Made by a program: the position numbers and the translations under genes. The notes beneath the pieces were generated by a model. It ran no database searches and was not told the origin of the DNA. It saw nothing but the letters and a program-made list of their open reading frames with translations. This document shows positions 9,175 through 16,214 of a stretch of 42,337 bases of DNA, in pieces; position 1 is the stretch's first letter; each line of letters opens with the position of its first letter. The DNA comes from a virus (Duplodnaviria > Caudoviricetes): IMG/VR virus record IMGVR_UViG_3300042868_002047, positions 1-42,337 of that record. One strand, 5' to 3'.

Positions 9175-9990
9175 GCACTAGGCTAGGTTAGGGCTACGGC
9201 CTAGCTTACTCAGAGCCCGGGCCTAAAACGATTCGGAATTGTGAGGGGGCACCTCCAATAGACGCAGGCGCGTACTCCCCCATGGGCCTGTGCCTACACG
9301 CACGCGGGCGCTAACACACGCGCGACTAAAGGGCTATGTGCGCATACGCGTAGCCCACAGTTAGCCCTATCCTTAGCTTGATGCTTAGCCTCTACGGGCT
9401 ATGCTGATAGCTGGATATGGGCGATTATTCGGGCGCTATGCGGCACTGATATGGCCGGGGCATTTGAAGCGCTCCACGGGGCTATAAAGGGCCTTCCCGG
9501 GGCATTGTGAGCGGGCTCGGACATAGCTCACGGCACGGACTACGGCCAGAGCCTGTTAATAAAGCGTTAATTAATTAATCGTTCATTAATCTGAGCACGG
9601 GAGGGCGGCATCTGTATCATGTTGCACATTGATACTGCCTAGCTGCCTCATTGCTTCGCTAGCTACTGCTGAGCTACAGACATAGCTATTGCTTAAGCTC
9701 TACGCCAAGACTACAGACATAGCCTAATGCCTATGCACCTATACTACATCTCACAATCCGAATCTATAAGGCTAAGCTCTACCGATAATCCCTCGCATCT
9801 ATTGCAGTCATGGAATGACAGGCCACCAATTAGCATTGGAGCTACAGACTACGTCTTAACATCGAATAGACAGACATCCCTATGACTGAGAGCTATAGAC
9901 TACAGACAATAGCTATAGACATAGACGAATAGACATAGCTACGACAATAGAGCTACAGACAAGACATAGCACTATGGCTATAGGACTAGA
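9175..9990. other. non-coding genome end / terminal repeat region
   Basis: No ORF of 60 aa or more; lies between the last late gene and the host promoters, where T7-like genomes have their direct terminal repeat; exact ends cannot be determined from this window. Confidence 0.7.
9733..9750 (+). promoter_or_regulatory. putative phage RNAP promoter near the left end (ATGCACCTATACTACATC)
   Basis: Shares TGCACCTATACTA with the 28296 copy. Confidence 0.55.
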
Positions 9991-9994
9991 CCTA

Positions 9995-10025
9995 TTGACA
10001 AGAGGCTATAGAACTGTGATAGAAT
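9995..10025 (+). promoter_or_regulatory. sigma70 early promoter P1
   Basis: TTGACA-19 nt-TAGAAT with extended -10 TGTGn. Confidence 0.7.
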
Positions 10026-10127
10026 ACAGACATGCTAGAAACTACCTAGAAGCCACGGTCTACGACCTAAGGCTAATAGGAGCTACTAGATAGCTAGGCG
10101 AAGCCTCTGGGCCACCCTAGTGACCTA

Positions 10128-10158
10128 TTGACAGACACGGGATAAACTGTGCTACAAT
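10128..10158 (+). promoter_or_regulatory. sigma70 early promoter P2
   Basis: TTGACA-19 nt-TACAAT with extended -10 TGTGn. Confidence 0.75.
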
Positions 10159-10255
10159 AGCGCCAGATAATTAATTGCTTGAGTTAGCATCAATCGATAC
10201 TTGATGCCTGAGGGTCTGAAGATGAAGGACTACAGCTAAGCGAATAGATTGATTA

Positions 10256-10284
10256 TCGACAATGGGCTGATAGTGTGTTACACT
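10256..10284 (+). promoter_or_regulatory. sigma70 early promoter P3
   Basis: TCGACA-17 nt-TACACT with extended -10 TGTGn. Confidence 0.7.
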
Positions 10285-10332
10285 ATAGGCCAGATACGAA
10301 AGTATCAAGGTTGATAGGTGCTTAGGCATCTG

Positions 10333-10361
10333 TTGACAGTAGCTGCGAATTGTGATACAAT
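10333..10361 (+). promoter_or_regulatory. sigma70 early promoter P4
   Basis: TTGACA-17 nt-TACAAT with extended -10 TGTGn. Confidence 0.9.
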
Positions 10362-10367
10362 AGCGGC

Positions 10368-10830
10368 AAGACGGTTAGCTTAGGCTAGATCGGTGATAGT
10401 GGTCTGATTGCAGACTATGGACTTTATAGCGCCCTTTGGCTTTAGTGCCTTCGGTATGATTTCAAGCTATACGGTCAGACGGCAACGATATATCGTGCGA
10501 AGTGGGAAGCCATGCCCCGAGCGATATTAGCCCGAGTGGGAACCTTGATGTCAAGTACTTAGAGTAGCTTACACCTCAGGGACGGTCGAACTAGATTACG
10601 GTCTACGCTTTGATTAGTCTTGGGAGTTGCGCCCTGTATGTTTGGGTAAGCGGATTACATAGTGCGACGCGGCATCAAGCCTAGGTTCTAATGTGCTTAC
10701 ATTAGCGGCTTAAGTCCTAGTAATAGGTAAGTGGCCGGGATAGGTGCGTCTAATAGCGTGCGTATCTGTTGTAAGTAAAGTTAGAGCTTAGGGATTAGGG
10801 TTATGCTATAGCCTTATTCCCTACGCTCTG
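10368..10830 (+). ncRNA. candidate large structured leader RNA
   Basis: ORF-free region downstream of P1-P4 filled with nested stems, many G-U pairs on the + strand, UUCG and GNRA loops. Confidence 0.55.
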
Positions 10831-10883
10831 TAGGTTAGAGCGCTGTGCGAAGCATGGTGCGATTTATTACTTTGGAGTATCGA

Positions 10884-11402
10884 ATGAACCTGAAAGACAT
10901 TGAAGCTAACATCGTGAAGATTGCCAAGACTGGTGCCGCATTGGATGCATTGATCCAAGCGACTGGGGTAGGTGTACTTGTACACTTCGCTGAGCATCAC
11001 GATGCTGCTATCGTTAACCGTCTGTATCTGGCCCTGCCTGCTGGTAGTCGTAAGACTGCGTTTGCAAGCTGGTTACTGGCTTACGGTGCCGTTATGGTGA
11101 ATAACGGTGAGAACAAGAAGGAGCGCCCATTCTTGTGGGACAAGGAGAAGGAGACTAAGCCTGAGGCCGCTGCTGAGGATATGTGGTACAACCATAAGCC
11201 CGAGAAGCCCTTGGACGAGGTGTTTGATTTGCAGAAGGCTGTGCGCAGCTTGCTGGCTAAGGCCGGTAAGGCGGGTAAGTTGGAGCATGGTGACGGTGAT
11301 ACGCTCAAGGCTTTGGCTAAGTGCGTCGGTATCGCTGAGTCTGATGTGCCCACACGTCCGACTAAGGTTAATCTGGGCAATGTTCCAGCGGCTACGTTTT
11401 AA
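10884..11402 (+). CDS. first early protein, function unknown
   Basis: RBS GGAG before ATG 10884; 172 aa with strong codon bias. Confidence 0.85.
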   Translation: MNLKDIEANIVKIAKTGAALDALIQATGVGVLVHFAEHHDAAIVNRLYLALPAGSRKTAFASWLLAYGAVMVNNGENKKERPFLWDKEKETKPEAAAEDMWYNHKPEKPLDEVFDLQKAVRSLLAKAGKAGKLEHGDGDTLKALAKCVGIAESDVPTRPTKVNLGNVPAATF

Positions 11403-11410
11403 GGCTTAGC

Positions 11411-11438
11411 AGGTTGGGCTCGTAATTGAGCCCTTCCT
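11411..11438 (+). promoter_or_regulatory. UU/UU-UAAY hairpin copy A (RNase III-like site)
   Basis: AGG-TT-GGGCTC-GTAATT-GAGCCC-TT-CCT directly after a stop codon. Confidence 0.6.
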
Positions 11439-11639
11439 AGTACGTCTTAGGTTGACGATGAACGAGACCCGCTTAGCGGGTGCCTCTGACGTACTGAAAG
11501 CGCTATGCGGTAGTATAGTAAGCATCCGGGTTAGTCCAGCAGACTCTGTGGCCCGTTACCAATAATGAGAGTGTGTTAGCAGGTCACTGCCTGTAGGCTA
11601 TTCCGTAGCCTATGGAGAGTGTCTTAACAAGGAGATAGT

Positions 11640-11759
11640 ATGGTATCTGTTGTAATGGAATGGTCTAAGGCTGCTTTAATGGTGGCCTTAGCCGCATGGG
11701 TCTGGGCCTATGTGCTTGTATGCTGCATTGAATGGGTGCGTGAGCTTAACGATTACTGA
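11640..11759 (+). CDS. 39-aa single-pass membrane protein (not in ORF track)
   Basis: RBS AAGGAG; MVSVVMEWSKAALMVALAAWVWAYVLVCCIEWVRELNDY. Confidence 0.65.
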   Translation: MVSVVMEWSKAALMVALAAWVWAYVLVCCIEWVRELNDY

Positions 11760-11874
11760 CCGCTGGTGGCCCGCCGCTGGGCGCATTCGGCATAACCCTA
11801 ACTGGCAGGAGATTAAATATGACTTGGCGAAGTACGGTGGCAGGCTAGCCCTGCGCCTTACAGGGGATAGCTGA
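11740..11874 (+). CDS. possible 44-aa hypothetical protein
   Basis: GTG start overlapping the previous gene: MSLTITDRWWPAAGRIRHNPNWQEIKYDLAKYGGRLALRLTGDS; weak RBS. Confidence 0.35.
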   Translation: MSLTITDRWWPAAGRIRHNPNWQEIKYDLAKYGGRLALRLTGDS

Positions 11875-12020
11875 CGACGGGTGTCAGCCTCTGGGCTATC
11901 TATCAAAGACCTTGTCACGGTGTAAACTGACCGCCCGCCGAAGCGAACGTAGCCGACTGCCCTAGCGTCTGTTGATGACTAGGGCTTTCGAGTGCGCTTT
12001 GCACTTTCTAAGGAGATTGT

Positions 12021-12221
12021 ATGAAGAAGACATTTCAGGCCGCCGACCTCGGCCATGCTCAGGCAGATGCCGTCAATTCGGCTAAGGCTTACAAGGCCGC
12101 ACAGACTGCTGCCTTTAAGGCCCTTGAGGCTCTCAAAAAGGCTGAGGCTGCGCACATCGCCGCACAGAAGACTCTGGCCGCTGCTGTGGAATCCGTGATG
12201 CAAGCTACCAAGGTGCTGTGA
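12021..12221 (+). CDS. Ala/Lys-rich helical early protein
   Basis: RBS TAAGGAG; 66 aa. Confidence 0.8.
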   Translation: MKKTFQAADLGHAQADAVNSAKAYKAAQTAAFKALEALKKAEAAHIAAQKTLAAAVESVMQATKVL

Positions 12222-12577
12222 TGGCTAAGGCAACGCTTATTAGTAAGGCTACCCCGCCTACCGCAGGTACGCCAGAGTATAAGGTTGAGGGTAAGCCTTA
12301 CCGTGCTGCTAAGGCAGGGATGCCGTCTAATCCGGGGAAGGTGTCTATAGAAATGACTGTAGAGGATGCTCAAGCCCTCTACGTCATCCTAGGGCACGGT
12401 GTATGTACCGCAGGGAACACTTCTAAGAGCGGTGCCGAGGTATACTCAGCCTTACTAGAGGTCGGTATGGGTAGGGGTAACCCGTTTGTATGGAACATTG
12501 GGGACCCTGCTGTAGGGCATGGGCGTCACGGTCACGGCTATTTAACAGATACCCGCCTACCGCCAAGGTCCAAATAG
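12218..12577 (+). CDS. hypothetical early protein (paralog 1, KVEGKPY motif)
   Basis: Coupled to the upstream stop; shares a motif with 12701..13003. Confidence 0.75.
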   Translation: MMAKATLISKATPPTAGTPEYKVEGKPYRAAKAGMPSNPGKVSIEMTVEDAQALYVILGHGVCTAGNTSKSGAEVYSALLEVGMGRGNPFVWNIGDPAVGHGRHGHGYLTDTRLPPRSK

Positions 12578-12700
12578 CCCTCTATGGGCGACTGTGCTGG
12601 CAGTGAATCCAGACCATTGGGCATGACGCTGTAACTCCCTGTAAGGGCGTGCGGTGCTCTCTGGTCTGCACTTACGCAGATTATCAACTTAGGGGTAATC

Positions 12701-13003
12701 ATGGCATCTATTGTCAAATCGTTTAATGGTAGCCCTGCTGTACCGGCGGTGGCTGAGGTCAAGGTCGAGGGTAAGCCTTATGTGGCCGCTAAGGACGCTA
12801 AGCCTGCTGTAGAAGCTGGCTATACCGTTTGCCTATCGCAGACTGAGTTGGACTGGGTCGTTACTGCCCTTGGTATGAACAACTCATCCCGAGAAGGTTC
12901 TGCCTTTACCTTCCACTTGTTTGATAAGCTGGAGGGTTACTCTAGCGAAGACCGTCGATTGGGTTATGTGAATGGTCCTAACAGCATCTGCATCCCGGGC
13001 TAA
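12701..13003 (+). CDS. hypothetical early protein (paralog 2, KVEGKPY motif)
   Basis: RBS AGGGG; shares a motif with 12218..12577. Confidence 0.75.
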   Translation: MASIVKSFNGSPAVPAVAEVKVEGKPYVAAKDAKPAVEAGYTVCLSQTELDWVVTALGMNNSSREGSAFTFHLFDKLEGYSSEDRRLGYVNGPNSICIPG

Positions 13004-13005
13004 TC

Positions 13006-13194
13006 ATGAACTACGAGGACACACTCATAGCCATGCTAGCGCCTCAGGAGATTATCGACTGCGCTAAGCGGCTCGATGCCAACCAGTACCGTGGAATGCT
13101 AGACTGCCCGGCCAGCACCTTCCGCAAGCTGGACGAGGATGCCTTGACCAAGTGGTACAACCAAGCTGTAGGGCAGAACCGTTATGGACAATAA
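13006..13194 (+). CDS. hypothetical protein
   Basis: Tightly packed 62-aa ORF within the early operon. Confidence 0.65.
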   Translation: MNYEDTLIAMLAPQEIIDCAKRLDANQYRGMLDCPASTFRKLDEDALTKWYNQAVGQNRYGQ

Positions 13195-13558
13195 TGCCGT
13201 ACCTATCTGCCCGGTTATCCTTAACGTGGGACTGTGCTCGTCAATTGACGATGCTACTAGCGCTGTACATGCTGAAAGCCTGCGACTGGCTTTCTGGTAC
13301 AAACTTGCTAAAGAGCGAGGAGGTCAAGTCTACCTCCAGCACAGCAACACGGAACCCACGTTAGTCATCTACTTGGAGAAGCCCCCGGCTTGTCTCCAAC
13401 TCGCCATAGAGCGTACACAGCAAGGCGCTATTGCTGCTTACTACCCGAGCCTACGTCAAGGGTGCCTGATAGGCCCTAAGGCTAAGGAATACGGGCCTTT
13501 CTTGCGTGAGTTCTTTGTGCTGGCTGATGGTCAGCGTTTGTGTGAGGTGTCCTTATGA
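13184..13558 (+). CDS. possible SAM lyase-like (T3 0.3-type) protein
   Basis: ILNVGL ... SNTEPTLVI ... QQGAIAAY ... GCLIGP pattern recalls T3 SAMase TEEKTVRV ... EQDCVLVY spacing. Confidence 0.45.
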   Translation: MDNNAVPICPVILNVGLCSSIDDATSAVHAESLRLAFWYKLAKERGGQVYLQHSNTEPTLVIYLEKPPACLQLAIERTQQGAIAAYYPSLRQGCLIGPKAKEYGPFLREFFVLADGQRLCEVSL

Positions 13559-13755
13559 TTACCTATTACCTAGCCTTTGTGCTGCTGCTTCAACCTGACT
13601 TCCCTCCAGAGATTCTGGAAGGGTATCAAGGTAAGGAGGCATGCTCAGTAGAGGCCGACAAGCAGAACCGTAACAGTCCTATTGTCCGGGACAAGACTGT
13701 GCGTGAGTTGGGCGGCGAGTTCGTGTGCCTCAGGGTGGAGCGCTTGTATGTATAA
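13555..13755 (+). CDS. hypothetical protein with hydrophobic N-terminus and two Cys
   Basis: RBS GAGGT; ATGA overlap. Confidence 0.7.
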   Translation: MITYYLAFVLLLQPDFPPEILEGYQGKEACSVEADKQNRNSPIVRDKTVRELGGEFVCLRVERLYV

Positions 13756-13957
13756 CTTGGAAAGCCCCGGCCCTAACGAGGGGCGTATGCCCGGTGCCGG
13801 TAGCGCCCAACCTACCTTCAAGGTCCTAAACGTACCGACCGCTCTGTGCACAGGTTGCGTCAACGATAACCCTATACGACCCTTTGAGCTTAACGGCCCT
13901 GCCGGACACTGTGGTGCAGTGTGTCCCGGCCATAAGAAAATCCTTGTCAGGGCCTAG
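13748..13957 (+). CDS. small Cys-rich hypothetical protein
   Basis: RBS GGAG before ATG 13748; CxxC ... CxxxC. Confidence 0.6.
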   Translation: MYNLESPGPNEGRMPGAGSAQPTFKVLNVPTALCTGCVNDNPIRPFELNGPAGHCGAVCPGHKKILVRA

Positions 13958-13987
13958 CCCTTTGCCCTCGTAATTGAGGGCTTAGGG
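13958..13987 (+). promoter_or_regulatory. UU/UU-UAAY hairpin copy B
   Basis: CCCT-TT-GCCCTC-GTAATT-GAGGGC-TT-AGGG. Confidence 0.6.
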
Positions 13988-14046
13988 GTACATCCTGTAC
14001 CGGCCTAGTCTAACGGCTAGGTCAATCTCTTTAATCTAGGAATCAT

Positions 14047-14430
14047 ATGACCGACAAGAAAGTTTTGACCAAAGAAGAACGTATCGCCTCCCTGGAAGCT
14101 CAGATCGCCAAGCTGACCCAGCGCTTGGATGATGTTCGCAATGACCGAGTTGTCGCCAAGGCCAAGAAGGTCGTGGCTCTGCCTGAGATTGGTGACGTTG
14201 TGGCCTTCACCTATGGACGCACCACACCGACAAGCACGGCCCGTGAGTTGGTTGGTACTGTCATCGGCGTTAAGGCCAAGGTTGAGCCGGGCGAAGACGG
14301 CAAGGGTGGTACACCTGCTCTGGTCCGTGTGACCGTAGGCTCTGGCTTCGACATCGAAGTGCTGACGATCTACCCTGCGCAGATCAAGCCTGAGACTGAG
14401 GCCCCTGCCTTGGACGATGCTGCTGAGTAA
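14047..14430 (+). CDS. conserved-type early protein (coiled coil plus SH3-like barrel)
   Basis: RBS AGGA; strong codon bias; IGDVVAFTYGR...GTVIGVK. Confidence 0.8.
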   Translation: MTDKKVLTKEERIASLEAQIAKLTQRLDDVRNDRVVAKAKKVVALPEIGDVVAFTYGRTTPTSTARELVGTVIGVKAKVEPGEDGKGGTPALVRVTVGSGFDIEVLTIYPAQIKPETEAPALDDAAE

Positions 14431-14441
14431 TAGCGGCTAGA

Positions 14442-14471
14442 CCCTTGGCCCTGCTAACGCGGGGCCTTGGG
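14442..14471 (+). promoter_or_regulatory. UU/UU-UAAY hairpin copy C
   Basis: CCC-TT-GGCCCTGC-TAAC-GCGGGGCC-TT-GGG. Confidence 0.6.
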
Positions 14472-14504
14472 CCTACCTGTTGTAGGTTTACTATAGGAGT
14501 TACC

Positions 14505-14831
14505 ATGTTGACTAAAGAAGAAGCAGCACTACTGTACCGTAACGAGTGCGCCCTGATCCTTGAGGAGATATTGGCAGGCCGTGCGCCTCACTTGACCAAT
14601 GGCCTGTGCCGTCTTATTGCTAGTCGCACCGACTGGGCCGAGTGTGACTTCGGTTTTGATCGCTCAATAGGTTACGCCATTAGCCGTGAGGTTATGACAG
14701 GGCGGGAATATTGTGGCTACCTTGGGCAGCAGGGTGTATGGACACCTAAGCGCCTGGGCTTTGTGTGCGGTGTGGTTGCGATGACGGAGGCAGCTTGGGT
14801 AGCGCGTGTAAATGCGGGCACTCCGTCCTGA
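14505..14831 (+). CDS. hypothetical protein
   Basis: RBS AGGAG before ATG 14505. Confidence 0.7.
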   Translation: MLTKEEAALLYRNECALILEEILAGRAPHLTNGLCRLIASRTDWAECDFGFDRSIGYAISREVMTGREYCGYLGQQGVWTPKRLGFVCGVVAMTEAAWVARVNAGTPS

Positions 14832-15630
14832 GGAACTACGGGTAGCCAAGAACCTCAAGCCGGGACATAAGACCCGCGTTGACCATGACTGCGGGGGCGG
14901 TAAGACTGCACTCCTTAGCCACACAGGCAAGGGCTATAGTCTGCACTGCTTCCGTTGCGGTGAGCCGGGCTGGTCACCAGCCGAGCCGGAACCCTTAAGC
15001 GTAAGACTCGAAAGGCTGAGCAAAGCTCAAGCCATTGACAACGTGGTCTGCCAAGATGCCACGTTACCAGAGCCGCAGGTTCGTGCTTGGGGTGACTGGC
15101 CCGGCGAGGCCCGGCTGTGGTTCTTGAAAGCGGGCCTCTCCAGCCACGATGCGGGCCAACTGGGGGCCTACTATCACCCCGGCACCCAGCGCGTCGTGTT
15201 GCCCGTATACAGCCCCGCCAAACGCCTTTTGTACTGGCAGGCGAGGGCGCTGGACAAGCGCCTCCCAAAGTATCTCGGTTCACCAGTCGGGAAGCAAGGG
15301 TGTGTGCCTATGTGGGGTAAGGCTGATGCCGTCACCCTCACTGAGGATATACTTAGCGCCTACAAGGTGGGCACAGTAGCTGAGGGCTGGTGTCTGCTAG
15401 GTACTAGCATGACTAAGACGTGCCTCGGTAAGCTGCTAGAGCGTGGCGCACCTGTCAACGTATGGCTTGACCCTTACGGTATAGACAAGGCTGGCACGGT
15501 AGCAGCGAACAAGGTTAGTAAGCAACTCAAGGCTGTTGGCTTAGAGGTGCGCATCATCAAGTCCTTAACGGACCCTAAGTTAGTTCATCGTTCACAAATC
15601 AAGGAGTTGTTATGCAAGCAAGGTCACTAG
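14812..15630 (+). CDS. DNA primase
   Basis: Zn-binding HDC...CFRC; YWQAR..D...PKY; TOPRIM LTEDILSA and WLDP..D.AG. Confidence 0.92.
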   Translation: MRALRPEELRVAKNLKPGHKTRVDHDCGGGKTALLSHTGKGYSLHCFRCGEPGWSPAEPEPLSVRLERLSKAQAIDNVVCQDATLPEPQVRAWGDWPGEARLWFLKAGLSSHDAGQLGAYYHPGTQRVVLPVYSPAKRLLYWQARALDKRLPKYLGSPVGKQGCVPMWGKADAVTLTEDILSAYKVGTVAEGWCLLGTSMTKTCLGKLLERGAPVNVWLDPYGIDKAGTVAANKVSKQLKAVGLEVRIIKSLTDPKLVHRSQIKELLCKQGH

Positions 15631-15911
15631 ACCCAGTTACCAGCAAGGGTAAGCGCAAGGTCAACAAGTATGAGCAGGCTGTGCTTGAGCAGTTAGCAGT
15701 ACCTAGATACTCCGCAGCAGAACCTAATGGGGTTACGGGCCTGACAGGCAAGGAACTAGCCATTGTTTCAGGCCACCCCCTTAACTGCATCACTCCACGC
15801 TTCGCACCGCTGCGCCGTAAGGGTTTGATTAAGGCGGCTACTACGCTGAATATTATAGGCCCTCGCCAAGTCATCAAGCGCGACAAGCAGATCGTGTGGG
15901 TGCTGGCGTGA
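15612..15911 (+). CDS. winged-helix-like DNA-binding protein
   Basis: RBS AAGGAG; GLTGKELA......ITPRFAPLRRKGLI. Confidence 0.65.
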   Translation: MQARSLDPVTSKGKRKVNKYEQAVLEQLAVPRYSAAEPNGVTGLTGKELAIVSGHPLNCITPRFAPLRRKGLIKAATTLNIIGPRQVIKRDKQIVWVLA

Positions 15912-16030
15912 TGCAGCAGTTCGCCGTGTGGCACCGTCGCGGTGGGGAGCGTGATCTTATGGTTATGCATACTGACAGGTATGATTACCTGTATGGGTTC
16001 AATCGGTTTATCAAGACACTTAAGGACTAA
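15911..16030 (+). CDS. 39-aa hypothetical protein (not in ORF track)
   Basis: TGATG coupling; exactly fills the gap: MQQFAVWHRRGGERDLMVMHTDRYDYLYGFNRFIKTLKD. Confidence 0.5.
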   Translation: MQQFAVWHRRGGERDLMVMHTDRYDYLYGFNRFIKTLKD

Positions 16031-16031
16031 C

Positions 16032-16214
16032 ATGACAATCATTTCACAAGCTCGCTCATTCGCAGCCCTCATGGCTAAGGTCTTCCGCAGCAAGCCTGTC
16101 AAGAAGGCCAAGCGCTACCCCGTTATGATCTCGGCGCCTGCTGGTGAGATCGTCGCATGGAATCGTAAGGTAGCTGCCGGTAAGATCAGCCGCAAGGGGT
16201 ATCGGGTATCATGA
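16032..16214 (+). CDS. small basic hypothetical protein
   Basis: RBS TAAGGA before ATG 16032. Confidence 0.7.
   Translation: MTIISQARSFAALMAKVFRSKPVKKAKRYPVMISAPAGEIVAWNRKVAAGKISRKGYRVS

Larger units (their letters stand above)
9671..10035 (+). repeat. degenerate short direct repeats (GCTACAGACATAGC-like)
   Basis: Copies at about 9671, 9708 and 9839, a dense run at 9891-9970, and 10025. Confidence 0.8.

Noticed and set aside
9671-10035. Possible CRISPR or mini-array
   Set aside because: The units are short, degenerate and irregularly spaced, with no constant repeat-spacer period and no cas genes.
10420-10476. tRNA gene
   Set aside because: A multi-stem junction, but with no T-loop GTTC, no anticodon arm geometry and no CCA; kept only as part of the leader RNA.
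10405-10625. Group I intron-like CAGACTA / TAGTC words
   Set aside because: No interrupted gene, no P/Q elements in the right order, and CAGACTA is used in a local hairpin.
11443-11500. Hammerhead-like words (GTC...TTGACGA...GAGAC; CTGACG...GAAA)
   Set aside because: The core deviates from CUGANGA/GAAA and stems I and II cannot form.
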